From a virus (lineage: Duplodnaviria; Caudoviricetes): 64,000 nt of DNA. Shown here piece after piece: positions 15,104-25,674 of this stretch. The notes beneath the pieces were generated by a model, which had not been told where the DNA came from, ran no database searches, and saw only the letters and a program-made list of their open reading frames with translations. A program made the position numbers and the translations under genes. Location of the stretch: positions 64,001 to 128,000 of the IMG/VR virus record IMGVR_UViG_3300033074_001484; one strand, 5' to 3'. The first letter of the stretch is position 1. Each line of letters opens with the position of its first letter.

Positions 15104-15553
15104 TTAATTTTGAAATGCTCGCATCTTGTTAATGGCCGACGGCATTTTTACCAACACATCTTCCTCTGTTTCGCCGCTAATTACCACCCCATGAACATCC
15201 CCACAAACTCCAACATACATTCCGCTTTCTTTGTCTTGAAACAACGTTATCCGATATAGCCGACTCTGTTTCCAAGGGTACCCGGAAGTTTTGTCCAAAT
15301 AATCGTCCAGAACCTCGCCTATGGTGTCGCCCGTGGCCTCATTACCGTCACCATACTTAGTAACAAACCGGCGACGGGATGTGTCATATTTAACATTGTG
15401 AATAGGATGACTGTTCATTTCACGAATTACGTTCATCGCCCAGTACAGAGTCAAATAAGTGACAAACCACCCCACAGCGAACGAGATCGCAATCCCTATC
15501 AATGTTATTTCAGTAACCGTCATAATCTTCCAATTAAAATAGGTTAATATCAC
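15104..15553 (-). CDS. membrane protein with HicB-like domain(s)
   Basis: N-terminal TM; GMYVGVCGDVHGVVISGETEEDVL HicB-like motif. Confidence 0.5.
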   Translation of the reverse strand: MILTYFNWKIMTVTEITLIGIAISFAVGWFVTYLTLYWAMNVIREMNSHPIHNVKYDTSRRRFVTKYGDGNEATGDTIGEVLDDYLDKTSGYPWKQSRLYRITLFQDKESGMYVGVCGDVHGVVISGETEEDVLVKMPSAINKMRAFQN

Positions 15554-15643
15554 ATATAGTTTAAATGTGAGTTGTTATACAAAGATACAATCATTGTCAC
15601 ATGTCTCGCTACAATGTTAACATATATTTATTTTCGTAAACTG

Positions 15644-16111
15644 TTAACGTCGACCGGAAGTGGCTATAACCGCCCCACAAACCCCTAATATAACCGCCCC
15701 CATTCCTATATTTCCCCACATGCTAAGGGTTTCACGTCGACGACACTCATCGATAGTCTTTTGTAAGCTCTGCGATAAAGCATAATACTTACTCATTTCA
15801 ACCTTTGCCGTATTTGCATCAGCTATTATTCGTAAATTTTCCTCTCGCATGAGGTCGAGATTTTGCCGAATACCCGCTACTGTTTCATCGTGTAATTTGG
15901 ATTGACCAGCTATAATAGTTGTAAGCGAATCCATTTTTGCAATGTAGGTGCGACACTCAACACCCCTCCGCGCCCACATATCAACTACACGCAATTTTTC
16001 AATCGGGATTATTGCCGTTGAATCCAGTGCATTGTATATAATATCTCGTTCTATCTGTGCATTGATTGAAATCGGCACCAGAACGAATATAATCATTATC
16101 AATGTTTTCAT
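15644..16111 (-). CDS. membrane/secreted coiled-coil protein (spanin-like candidate)
   Basis: Signal peptide, coiled coil, C-terminal TM; overlaps the upstream TM gene. Confidence 0.5.
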   Translation of the reverse strand: MKTLIMIIFVLVPISINAQIERDIIYNALDSTAIIPIEKLRVVDMWARRGVECRTYIAKMDSLTTIIAGQSKLHDETVAGIRQNLDLMREENLRIIADANTAKVEMSKYYALSQSLQKTIDECRRRETLSMWGNIGMGAVILGVCGAVIATSGRR

Positions 16112-16428
16112 TGCAATTTAGATATCTGATTAATTGATTGAATTATTGAATCTTTTTCAGTCGAAGGTTTTATGGCATAAAAATCCCTAACAACCTCCGT
16201 CCTGTATTTGACAATTGTATTTACAATAGTGTCCCGCTTGACCATCAGACTATCTAACTTCAGGTCAATTAATGTAAATTGACTGTCCAAAGATTCTGTT
16301 ATCTTTAATGGAAGTGAATCGACAATTGGCGGCTGAATATATTCACGTTTCAATTCAAGGTAGAACATAAATCCTACCATAAGCAAGGTGATTATAAGCA
16401 CTGCAAATATGGGAAAATTATTTTTCAT
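16108..16428 (-). CDS. N-terminally anchored membrane protein
   Basis: Single N-terminal TM helix. Confidence 0.55.
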   Translation of the reverse strand: MKNNFPIFAVLIITLLMVGFMFYLELKREYIQPPIVDSLPLKITESLDSQFTLIDLKLDSLMVKRDTIVNTIVKYRTEVVRDFYAIKPSTEKDSIIQSINQISKLQ

Positions 16429-16684
16429 CCGTTGTCTCTGAATTTTTAGTATTTTGTAAATATGAAGAAATCAGTTTTTGTAGATCGGCAACTTGATCAT
16501 TCATCTGGTTAGCTTTAAACCGTTTAATGGATGCGTTTAAAGCTAATATTGTGAATATAAACAACACAAGTCTGCCGGAACGAGTCGTAAGTACTGCCCA
16601 GTCTGAAAATAGTAACGACCATTCCATAAATGATACGCCAATGAAGAAAATTAGCATAGCCGCAATAAAATGTTTCAAGTCCAT
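16418..16684 (-). CDS. two-TM membrane protein
   Basis: Two hydrophobic segments. Confidence 0.55.
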   Translation of the reverse strand: MDLKHFIAAMLIFFIGVSFMEWSLLFSDWAVLTTRSGRLVLFIFTILALNASIKRFKANQMNDQVADLQKLISSYLQNTKNSETTDEK

Positions 16685-16843
16685 GTTTTAATATTTTTAC
16701 GTGAATAATGTTTTTTACTCTTGTGTATAATTGTACGCCGCTTTGCGCCATGTTCACCAGTCACGATAGCATGTTCGACAAAATTTCTTGTTTTTATTTT
16801 CTTTACCTTTTTCATTTTAAATAAGTAGATCGCGAACCGTCAT

Positions 16844-17878
16844 TCATAACATACTTGTTATTGCTGTCGATAACCGTTTTGCAGTCTGAGATCGATTTGA
16901 CTCATCGTAATATAAACATAACAGTTCCGTAGGGTATGTAACTTGATCTGACATATCCAATACTGTTAATATTTTTTCTTCCAAATTGTCAAGCGTATAA
17001 AATACACATGATTTATTATTTAATACATTGGGTTTAGTATCAATTTTATTATACTCATCCGGTTTAAATAGCACACATCCCATTATTGCCGATTCAATAT
17101 CGCGGGGGGCAAGTTCCCCATATCCAAAAGGTGCAAATAGAATGCGTGACCGGCTCATCAATTCATAATATTCGTTGACATTATATTTTGCACCGGGCGG
17201 TTTTTCTACCACAGTTAACGCATGTTTACGTTGTATATTACGTATCGCATCTACAAGTTGTAAACGATATTGGCTATAATACTGCCCGTGATTTATTCCA
17301 AATTCAAGGTTCATCACATTTTCATATGAAAACACAATATTAATGTCAATATTTTTTGTAGGTTGTGTAATTGGCTGATGGTGATGCATTGTAGTAGATA
17401 ACCAATTCGTCCCCGACAATTTTATTGATTTGATGATGTAATCAACATCCGGGACCGCATACCCATCATTCTTTGAAACTCCCCAATAAAATCTACCACT
17501 CACAAGTTGTTGTTTATACAACTCTGTTTCTTTCAGTAATCCATTTTTAATCGTCCCCATATAATTGAGATCATCTCCAACCATGCGAATTATATCAGCA
17601 ATACCTTTCAATGAAGTTGAGTCCTGACCATCCCATATAATGTATGGTCTGCCGAGTAATTTTAAATATTTAACCCCAAGTTCCACTGCTGATGATAATA
17701 TCAAATCCTTGTTTAACAAAGATGCCTGTGACACAACATAAATGTCAGCAGTTCTATCAAAAACAGACGTTAATTTAACTTCACCTAATGCAGCAAGTTC
17801 TTCCGCACAATTGATCAACGGTCGGAAAGTAGTTTCACTCCTGTGTTTGAAGTGTTCGAGCAATGCTAATTTTATCAT
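16844..17878 (-). CDS. GT-B glycosyltransferase-like protein
   Basis: YYELMSRSRILFAPFGYGE..RDIESAIMGC motif. Confidence 0.7.
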   Translation of the reverse strand: MIKLALLEHFKHRSETTFRPLINCAEELAALGEVKLTSVFDRTADIYVVSQASLLNKDLILSSAVELGVKYLKLLGRPYIIWDGQDSTSLKGIADIIRMVGDDLNYMGTIKNGLLKETELYKQQLVSGRFYWGVSKNDGYAVPDVDYIIKSIKLSGTNWLSTTMHHHQPITQPTKNIDINIVFSYENVMNLEFGINHGQYYSQYRLQLVDAIRNIQRKHALTVVEKPPGAKYNVNEYYELMSRSRILFAPFGYGELAPRDIESAIMGCVLFKPDEYNKIDTKPNVLNNKSCVFYTLDNLEEKILTVLDMSDQVTYPTELLCLYYDESNRSQTAKRLSTAITSML

Positions 17879-17957
17879 GTTTTCAAGTTAGCATTGCAAA
17901 TATACAACAATTATGTATTGCCACATCAATTGTATAAATTTATATTACTAATATATG

Positions 17958-18200
17958 TTAAAGCCTCTTTGGAATGTATTTGATGTATCGTGTTTTGTCA
18001 AATACCCCCCTGACATCCCCTGCCAATTCACTATACCGCGACCGGTACAGGTAATAGTCTTCGAGGGTAAAGATTATGCCCAACTTCTCCCACATGATTC
18101 TGAATTCCGGGGCCGACCAAAACACTGATAAATAGATGAGGTCTAAGTCATCTACCATATCGACAGTTAATGTTGATGGTTTATGTTTTGACCTCCCCAT
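17958..18200 (-). CDS. hypothetical protein
   Basis: 80-aa ORF in an overlapping operon. Confidence 0.55.
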   Translation of the reverse strand: MGRSKHKPSTLTVDMVDDLDLIYLSVFWSAPEFRIMWEKLGIIFTLEDYYLYRSRYSELAGDVRGVFDKTRYIKYIPKRL

Positions 18201-18600
18201 GTGAAATTATTCGTATAAGCACGTTTGACCATTTTCCAAGTGGATCAGACAGACCAACTAAAAAATCGACTTTGTAAACATGTCGTTTATTCATTAAATC
18301 CCGCACGGTCCATATACCATCATATATACCAGTACCAGACACTTCAATAACCGCGCCAAATCCAATCTCAGCAAACAAATCCCGCGATATAGCACACCAT
18401 CTTAACGCTAAAGGGTCATTCAGATCAATCACAGACATGTCAGCCGTAATTCCGGGATTTGAATTTGTCTGTTCCGGAACAGGTTGATAACATGTTGCAG
18501 TAACCACATATGCTTTATACTGTACGTGTGTATGTGGATTATGGGCATGTTTTATCAGGCACATGCATATCAACAGTGTTATTATCGACGCCCTTATCAT
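18181..18600 (-). CDS. 3D-domain (MltA-like) muralytic protein
   Basis: ATCY..QT...ITAD..AISRDL..FG..VRD.M..DFL; N-terminal signal. Confidence 0.8.
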   Translation of the reverse strand: MIRASIITLLICMCLIKHAHNPHTHVQYKAYVVTATCYQPVPEQTNSNPGITADMSVIDLNDPLALRWCAISRDLFAEIGFGAVIEVSGTGIYDGIWTVRDLMNKRHVYKVDFLVGLSDPLGKWSNVLIRIISHGEVKT

Positions 18601-18766
18601 CAGCTACCCCTTTAAATTTAGAAATTCCTCTCATCATACCCTCGGTATAGATTATTTGTTCGTCTAATATTGCAAGCTCCTGTTTGACAGCGTTCAATTC
18701 CCTACGTTTTATAGCATATTGCGTAAGTAAATTGTAATAAGTTTCAGATACATCATCAATATTCAT
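18539..18766 (-). CDS. hypothetical coiled-coil protein
   Basis: 75-aa ORF. Confidence 0.55.
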   Translation of the reverse strand: MNIDDVSETYYNLLTQYAIKRRELNAVKQELAILDEQIIYTEGMMRGISKFKGVADDKGVDNNTVDMHVPDKTCP

Positions 18767-19019
18767 ATTTGTTCATTAGATTATGTGCGGTGATTAATTT
18801 ATATCCATCGGTTTGTAATAGGCTTACCCCTAATTCATCAGCAATTTTCAAAACCTCCATATATTCCTCGTCAGTATATATCGTGGTCAGATGATACAAT
18901 ACTATAAACGTATTAAATAATGTACTCCATGTTGCCCTGTTGGATGTCTTATCTAACAACCATTTATAAATCGCATCATGTGTATTTAATCTTTTCTGCA
19001 CTGTCTTTGTATGCGCCAT
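18756..19019 (-). CDS. hypothetical protein
   Basis: 87-aa ORF. Confidence 0.55.
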   Translation of the reverse strand: MAHTKTVQKRLNTHDAIYKWLLDKTSNRATWSTLFNTFIVLYHLTTIYTDEEYMEVLKIADELGVSLLQTDGYKLITAHNLMNKYEY

Positions 19020-19494
19020 AATTAAGAAAAAAACAATTGTGACATATTAGGTCCAAATTATCAATTTTATGGTTTGTTTTATCGCCATCTTTCCACACCA
19101 ACAACAACGGTACTTTATTGTCTGTCAATCTGGCTTCACCAAAACCACATTTCCGACATTCCTCCTTCATCACCCCCTCTCTAAGTATCTTGGCTTTTAA
19201 CTTATAATGCTTATATTCCGGATGTGCACCCACCATTAAGTCGTAAATAGATATTTTATCTTGCGCATCGGAATATTGTATGCGACGGGTCAACGCCAAC
19301 GCTTTCTGCGATTCTCTGTGTAGCTGATATAAAGTTTTACCTGTTGGCCCATCTATATACGATTGTGCATACTTCTTATAAGTTTCCATTGAAATTCTTA
19401 AAAATCGGGCAGCCTCTGAATTAGACGTTGTTTGCGACATAGCATATCTAATATCAGATTCCAATAAATTGTAACTTGTAGTTTTCCTAAGCAT
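18976..19494 (-). CDS. HTH plus HNH-like zinc-binding protein
   Basis: SEAARFLRIS HTH; CRKC..DGDKTN..NLDLICHNC. Confidence 0.75.
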   Translation of the reverse strand: MLRKTTSYNLLESDIRYAMSQTTSNSEAARFLRISMETYKKYAQSYIDGPTGKTLYQLHRESQKALALTRRIQYSDAQDKISIYDLMVGAHPEYKHYKLKAKILREGVMKEECRKCGFGEARLTDNKVPLLLVWKDGDKTNHKIDNLDLICHNCFFLNYGAYKDSAEKIKYT

Positions 19495-19921
19495 GTTTGG
19501 ATAATAGTTTTAATTCATACAAATGCAGCCACCATGTAAGTGCGGCTATTATCATTGCATCTACCAGTATATATAGTAAAAGTATAGCTAAATTATGCAT
19601 AGTTAATATGACATGCAACCCCCCACGTAACATAACAAGATACCATTCACCGTCAGTTACAGTCATGTCAACATGTAACACCTTTGCGGTGTAATCAAAT
19701 ATGTACGGTGTCATAAACCCTGTTGTTATTACCATCCAAACTGATACCCATACTGAAAAACATAAAAAACATGATAAAAGTTTATATATGAATGGATATC
19801 GTTTAAACCGCAATCTAAATGGGGTAAATAATGTAGATTCCACCACAATTAGAGTAATGCAATATGTGCATAATGCTTTTAACAGAAACACTACCAAACT
19901 GCAAAATATATATTCAATCAT
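19487..19921 (-). CDS. membrane protein (DUF1360-like)
   Basis: IVVES..F.P.R..LLSCFLCFSVW. Confidence 0.6.
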   Translation of the reverse strand: MIEYIFCSLVVFLLKALCTYCITLIVVESTLFTPFRLRFKRYPFIYKLLSCFLCFSVWVSVWMVITTGFMTPYIFDYTAKVLHVDMTVTDGEWYLVMLRGGLHVILTMHNLAILLLYILVDAMIIAALTWWLHLYELKLLSKHA

Positions 19922-20196
19922 TTTAAAATTGTATTATTTTTGGCGTAAGTTTTTATCCCATTTATAGCAAACCGATGTATATTCATAATTGCCAATTCAC
20001 TATCGCCGGTATATATCAGGCAGGGTGTACCGGGTTCTGCATTTTCCAATAACACATCGACTTGTACATCAGTATAATAATATGCCGATTTAAGTTCTGA
20101 CCTAAGTAAGCGTATAAAATCGGCATTTGTCATATTCTCAACACCAATGTCAAGAAACACGTCAACCTTTACGGATTTACAATCCCCACACCCCAT
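19918..20196 (-). CDS. hypothetical protein
   Basis: 92-aa ORF. Confidence 0.55.
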   Translation of the reverse strand: MGCGDCKSVKVDVFLDIGVENMTNADFIRLLRSELKSAYYYTDVQVDVLLENAEPGTPCLIYTGDSELAIMNIHRFAINGIKTYAKNNTILK

Positions 20197-20203
20197 ATAT
20201 ATG

Positions 20204-20425
20204 TTATTTGATTTCCCGTTTTCGTTCAGCTATCAATTTACATTTTTCGTATGCTTCAATTTCCCTATAATATTCATTTAACGTGTTAAGTATTTGTATT
20301 TTATCTGTATAACTTGTTCCCGTTGGCCACGGTACATTATCAATTGGTGTTAACACAACAATGTGAAATAAATCGTCAAGAACTTCCCGATTCATTTCTC
20401 GTGGTTTATTAAACTCAATCATCAT
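20204..20425 (-). CDS. hypothetical protein with a UVR-like motif
   Basis: YYREIEAYEKCKLI. Confidence 0.6.
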   Translation of the reverse strand: MMIEFNKPREMNREVLDDLFHIVVLTPIDNVPWPTGTSYTDKIQILNTLNEYYREIEAYEKCKLIAERKREIK

Positions 20426-20687
20426 GTGCTTTTGATTTAGTGTCAGTTTTTGTTAATCTAAATGGCAGTCGCCCCATTCCTTCAACAACCTTTTCTGACC
20501 CAATAAACGCCAGACTCCATATAACAGTATCTACAAGTCCCGTAAATACGTGTTCGGAAATTTCCAATCCATAGAATACGTGGCCTATAATTATAGCCGA
20601 TAATACAGATGTTAGTAACAACGCCGCAAATCTTTTGGCAGATAATTTATCGCCAATATCCGATAATATCTCGCGTATAAATGTCAC
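20415..20687 (-). CDS. holin-like two-TM protein
   Basis: SAKR followed by two TM helices and a charged tail. Confidence 0.5.
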   Translation of the reverse strand: MTFIREILSDIGDKLSAKRFAALLLTSVLSAIIIGHVFYGLEISEHVFTGLVDTVIWSLAFIGSEKVVEGMGRLPFRLTKTDTKSKAHDD

Positions 20688-21286
20688 GCCATCTCCTTCA
20701 ACGCATCAACATCTGCAAATAATTGTTGACTTACCCGATGGTTATTTCCAGTGTTGGTAGACCGGTAACCAACCAACCCGTTGCTATAAATTTTGTTCAC
20801 AATACCTTTTGATCTAAAATACTCTGAATGTGTATCGGTATTTTCAACCAACATACCAAGGGATATTCCCGAATATGGTTTATTGATGTTGTCGTTTATG
20901 ATATTCTGTAATATGCGATTTATAGCCTCTTTTGGTAGTTCCTCGTCGGGGGACGGTTCATCCAAATCAGGCAAATCCCCGCCCATATCACCCCCCATAT
21001 CTGCTGTTTCATCGGATTGGGCATTGTTATTTGCCGCCTCATCATCACCGCTTAATTTTTTTTCAAATGCATCACGTGTTAATATAGTATCACCTACTTT
21101 GATATGTTCAATACTGCGGTAATCAAATGTAGCGGGACTCCCATCTACCCGATAGCCAACACCCTCAGTACTATCTTCAATATCAGACATGTCCGCTATT
21201 GACAGATACTTGCCATCGACATACACTTTCAATTTGACATCCATTGAAAGATATTGGCTTAAATAATCCGGGTCGAAATATATCAT
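20684..21286 (-). CDS. hypothetical protein with an acidic linker
   Basis: 200-aa ORF, TATTTAT upstream. Confidence 0.65.
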   Translation of the reverse strand: MIYFDPDYLSQYLSMDVKLKVYVDGKYLSIADMSDIEDSTEGVGYRVDGSPATFDYRSIEHIKVGDTILTRDAFEKKLSGDDEAANNNAQSDETADMGGDMGGDLPDLDEPSPDEELPKEAINRILQNIINDNINKPYSGISLGMLVENTDTHSEYFRSKGIVNKIYSNGLVGYRSTNTGNNHRVSQQLFADVDALKEMA

Positions 21287-21465
21287 ATATGGTCTCGTTT
21301 ACAATAAATATTATCTACGATGACCTTTATGTTCCTTCTTATCTGATTTTATCTCTTCTTTTGTATCAGAGGTAGTATTTACCTTCTTTTTTTTGGACTT
21401 AAATTTTTCAACTTTTTCCATACCATCTAATCGATCCAAATCAACATTGGTCAGCCAACTCATAA

Positions 21466-23898
21466 TTATCCTATTTTAATTAACAAATTTGATAGATCAT
21501 TAAATTTACTTACTTTCAATTTCAACCCCCTTACAGTGTATAATTCTTCCGGTTCTGCATCAACTATTAATTCTGAAATATGATTTAGTAAGGTCAAATC
21601 CGGGGATGTATGCATGTCAATGTATATAACAACATCAGTGTCAAACGAATCAACATTTGTGTTGAATTTTATTTTTGATGCAAGTGGCATCATAGTGTTA
21701 GGTTGTTCTCGCGCCACATATTGTTCAATATAAAATTGTGGCATGTCCGTTAACAATAAATCACAAAATGGTTCCACATATGCTATAGCGTCCATTGTCG
21801 CATTTGTTAATACAATGGTCTTATGATATCTTGGTGGTACAATGGGTTTTAGGTGTTCATCATGTTTTACCATACACCCCCATTTACGAATGAAATTTCG
21901 TGTACTTTTAATATTTTGTTGTTCCCATTCTTGACTATTTTTTCCCGGCGTTGTTAACGTTGGATTGTATCTGCTCCCACGACACGTCATGTGATAGACA
22001 TGTCCCTCCCATGTTTGAATAAATTTAGTACCGTTTAAATGGAATCTATTAAAAATATCAGAATTATGCAATGCTATGAATCCGGTACCCCCAATAAACA
22101 TGTTTGTACGTCTCACATCTAAATCATACACAAATACTTCTGATACATCGTCTGATTCCAATAATATCTCAATATCAGTATCTTTAAAATCAGTCTGTAC
22201 CGAACTGATGTTCCAAACCCCAGTCTTTCCTTTAGATTCTTGGTGCCTGACTCTGAATTTAGCTTCCGGAAAACATCGCATTAATAAAAAATATATACCA
22301 GTCGTCAATTTTTCTGACACGGAAGTACTTTTCCATGTCACATATGATAATGAATCTTTTCCATATAACATTAATGGGTCAATTGTCAACCAACACATTT
22401 CCCCATTACGAACAATTGATTTACCAAGATGTCCATCACCCAGTAAATACCCGTACAGAAAAGACTTTTGATATACCAACGGTAAATTAAAAATGAACTC
22501 AGGTACACATTTAGTATACGAACCATTTCCTAATAAATTTTTTAGCCATTGTGCAATTGAACTATTTGATGTTCGATAAGTGTGTATACCATCAGTGTTA
22601 CGATAGTTAATGAAACTGTCCCCAAACAATGCTTCTGATTTTTGTTTAATCATATTTACAACATCAAAATCCCTTTCTCTAATAAGCACATCGGTCTTAT
22701 ACGCACCCCCATCTGCACAGAAAAATCCTAAAAATTCACATATGTCATGTAGCTGCGTACTATTTCCATATTCATCAATATCATAAATAACTGGTAATTT
22801 ATGTAGTACCTCATTAATATAAACCTCACCAAAATCATTGAAATCAATAGTTGTTAATTGGTTACGTCGCACCCAACTACCATGTTTGATAGGTTCCCAT
22901 AATTCCGTCTGTGAGGTACACTCATCAGCAGTTATAGGTTCTAAATTAGATTTTATCAGTGAATGATCATTTGTAACGACCACCTCACCCCATTTGGTTT
23001 TAATTCTACGTAATCTATTTTTGGTAACTTTATGGCGAATAATTGCACGTAATTTTGACACTCCAATAGTTCCATTTTTAGATGGTGACATTACTCGGAT
23101 ATCCATATCGCGTAGATCAATGTATTCTTTACCATCGTTTCGTTTTCTAATAAACTGCTTATACTTTTCCCATAATTCAGCGATTGTTGACAGTTTAGTT
23201 ATACCATTTTCCACATAAAATACTAACGTTTCCCCCACCGTGCTGTCCTCTTTACTTTGCGGGGCAAAAAATGAATCGTGGCCCCCTATTTCTTGAAATT
23301 CAGATTTCCAGAATGCCCACGGTGCAAATATCCCCTCTGTTATTGAAGGTCTCTGATATGTAGAATTCAACTCACGATACCATTCCAAAAATTTGTCCTC
23401 TTCAAAATCTTCGGGTTCTACTCCAAAGTTTTGAATAATTTTTTCAGGACCGGGGGGATGAAGTGGCGGTTCAATTCGAGTGAGTGATACAATTGTTTTT
23501 GTAATTGGAACGTTTCGCATTTGCTGGCCGGTATTCGCATCTATGAGCGGCGTTGGATACGGAGCGTACATATGCTTTTCAATCACATCCAATGCACCGG
23601 GACACAAGAACATATCTGCATGATAAATCATACATAAATCATACTTAGCTACCTCATTGACTAATCTATCATACAAAATAGTGTGTCCAAGTCGCTGTCC
23701 AGACTCGTTAACGATATAAGAAAGATCGCTATCAAGTGTCGCCTGATTTTCCAACCACTCTCTTGTACCATCATTACTCGCATCATCTGCGACGCAAACC
23801 TGTACTGTATGGTTTCCTTGATGTTTACGAATGCTTTCATATGACCACTTCAGATATTTGAGATTATTTCTGGATGGAATGATTAATGATATTTGCAT
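21466..23898 (-). CDS. GT2 glycosyltransferase interrupted by an intein
   Basis: SLIIPSRN..DDASNDGT..HADM..GGHD..SKED|SDIF. Confidence 0.9.
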   Translation of the reverse strand: MQISLIIPSRNNLKYLKWSYESIRKHQGNHTVQVCVADDASNDGTREWLENQATLDSDLSYIVNESGQRLGHTILYDRLVNEVAKYDLCMIYHADMFLCPGALDVIEKHMYAPYPTPLIDANTGQQMRNVPITKTIVSLTRIEPPLHPPGPEKIIQNFGVEPEDFEEDKFLEWYRELNSTYQRPSITEGIFAPWAFWKSEFQEIGGHDSFFAPQSKEDSTVGETLVFYVENGITKLSTIAELWEKYKQFIRKRNDGKEYIDLRDMDIRVMSPSKNGTIGVSKLRAIIRHKVTKNRLRRIKTKWGEVVVTNDHSLIKSNLEPITADECTSQTELWEPIKHGSWVRRNQLTTIDFNDFGEVYINEVLHKLPVIYDIDEYGNSTQLHDICEFLGFFCADGGAYKTDVLIRERDFDVVNMIKQKSEALFGDSFINYRNTDGIHTYRTSNSSIAQWLKNLLGNGSYTKCVPEFIFNLPLVYQKSFLYGYLLGDGHLGKSIVRNGEMCWLTIDPLMLYGKDSLSYVTWKSTSVSEKLTTGIYFLLMRCFPEAKFRVRHQESKGKTGVWNISSVQTDFKDTDIEILLESDDVSEVFVYDLDVRRTNMFIGGTGFIALHNSDIFNRFHLNGTKFIQTWEGHVYHMTCRGSRYNPTLTTPGKNSQEWEQQNIKSTRNFIRKWGCMVKHDEHLKPIVPPRYHKTIVLTNATMDAIAYVEPFCDLLLTDMPQFYIEQYVAREQPNTMMPLASKIKFNTNVDSFDTDVVIYIDMHTSPDLTLLNHISELIVDAEPEELYTVRGLKLKVSKFNDLSNLLIKIG
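22063..23244 (-). mobile_element. intein with LAGLIDADG homing endonuclease (394 aa)
   Basis: Starts STVGETLV, block B TNDH, FLGFFCADG and FLYGYLLGDG, ends VYDLDV..ALHN before Ser+1. Confidence 0.92.
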
Positions 23899-23914
23899 AG
23901 TTTAAATTTTAAAT

Positions 23915-24610
23915 TTATATGTCCCCGGTATTATGCTGTTTTGCTTTTAATTGACGGTCCACCCATTTCTTACCAATTGGATTTTGTAGTGGTGATTCTA
24001 AAAATGTCCGTATTTTTCTATACACTTTTCCAAATTGATCTTGGCCGGGAGATTCATTATCAAATATGATGAAATTAGATGTCCCGGCCAAATTCTGAAA
24101 TTTTCCCAAGTTTTGTTGTACCGATTGCCACTTAGATTTAACAATATCTTCCGGTACTTTCCTGTCTCGCATATTATTTCGTTCAAGTGCAGTCTCCAAT
24201 GATGTATTTATCATTAGTATCATTACATCATATCCTATACTCTGTAAATGAGCATATTGTTTTGCAATCTTATTGTAATCAGAACCGGTACCTTGTACAA
24301 TCAACCCAAGTCTCCCGGCTTTATACATCATTTCAAATTTATCAGTCAGTGCCACCCCTTTATCACGCTCTTGCGAATAATCGCCCATTGTACTTAAATC
24401 AATTGTACTTGATGGGTCTATCATGCGAGTCTTACGTAATATATACATAAATTGTCGGTCTGAATCAATTTCTTTCAAACCGAAACCATTCAATATTTTA
24501 CCTTGCACATATGACTTTCCGGAACCGGGACCACCTGCTAATATTATGGCTTTATTATTGTATTTATCATAAACCCCTTCATAAAGTATATTAATAAGAT
24601 TTTTCATCAA
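23915..24610 (-). CDS. zeta-toxin/AAA_33-like P-loop kinase
   Basis: LAGGPGSGKS, DSD, GTG, ALERN..RDRKVP. Confidence 0.8.
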   Translation of the reverse strand: MMKNLINILYEGVYDKYNNKAIILAGGPGSGKSYVQGKILNGFGLKEIDSDRQFMYILRKTRMIDPSSTIDLSTMGDYSQERDKGVALTDKFEMMYKAGRLGLIVQGTGSDYNKIAKQYAHLQSIGYDVMILMINTSLETALERNNMRDRKVPEDIVKSKWQSVQQNLGKFQNLAGTSNFIIFDNESPGQDQFGKVYRKIRTFLESPLQNPIGKKWVDRQLKAKQHNTGDI

Positions 24611-24654
24611 TTCTCCATAAAAATTCCAAAAACATCCCCCATATACAATAAATA

Positions 24655-25674
24655 TTACAATCCTATTTGTGAAAAAAACCCGCCCATATACTCTATATAT
24701 CTTCGATTAGAATAATGTGCATTATACGCATGTGATGCCACATCAACACACTCGTCATAAAATACCTCATCGATTAATAATTGTTTAACCAATGACCGGG
24801 CATGTTTTATATGACCCACATCCACCTTTAATTGTGGGTACAAATTATCAACAACGGTGGTGCCCTTATATCCAATTGCAGGTATACCCAAATAGGCACA
24901 ATTCAAAAAGAACGTACCGGCAGCACGAGTTCTCATTAAATGTATACCCAGTTTAAACTGCCCCAATATTTCCATCCATTCTGAAAAATTTTTATACGGT
25001 ATGTGTCTGACATCATATAATTCTTCATTGGCCTTTCGACGACCCATGCTAACACACCATAACCGTTCACCCAAATCACACGCTGCAAGATAACTATCTG
25101 CACCGCCATACCACGATACCATGTTACCACCAATTATAATACCCAGCCGCTTGGATTTGGGTAGTGTTGACAGTGGTGTTGCCTGTTCAACGATTTGCGG
25201 GGGCATTACTCTTACCGGAATTTTACCATCTACCATGCCAGAATAATAGACACCATCACATTCATTGTGGCATAAAATAATATCCACCAATTCAGGGCTG
25301 CGCATCAAATTCAAATACGCAATTTGGGTTTCTACCGGATAATCCTGCCAATACCAGTTTGGCCCTTCTTGCATTATAGCAATTTTTTTAACATTATGAC
25401 CCTTCAACCGTACCAATGTTTCTCTAAGATTTGCCAGCATCTCAAAAGTAGATGACTTTGGAAGTATTATGATCAAAATATCCCATTGCTTGGTAAATAT
25501 CACATGAGAGGTGTCCATATTCTTTACATCGGATATTACGTTAATTGGGATATGGGTCGACTTTAACAGATATTGCCACGCCAAATCTGTACGTAAATTT
25601 GTATGTGTAAGTGGTATTTCACCGAAATACTGTCCCTCTGTGATAAATGCAATATTCAAATCATGTATGTTCAT
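24655..25674 (-). CDS. GT-B glycosyltransferase-like protein
   Basis: GIHLM..AAGTFFLNCAYLGIPAIG. Confidence 0.7.
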   Translation of the reverse strand: MNIHDLNIAFITEGQYFGEIPLTHTNLRTDLAWQYLLKSTHIPINVISDVKNMDTSHVIFTKQWDILIIILPKSSTFEMLANLRETLVRLKGHNVKKIAIMQEGPNWYWQDYPVETQIAYLNLMRSPELVDIILCHNECDGVYYSGMVDGKIPVRVMPPQIVEQATPLSTLPKSKRLGIIIGGNMVSWYGGADSYLAACDLGERLWCVSMGRRKANEELYDVRHIPYKNFSEWMEILGQFKLGIHLMRTRAAGTFFLNCAYLGIPAIGYKGTTVVDNLYPQLKVDVGHIKHARSLVKQLLIDEVFYDECVDVASHAYNAHYSNRRYIEYMGGFFSQIGL

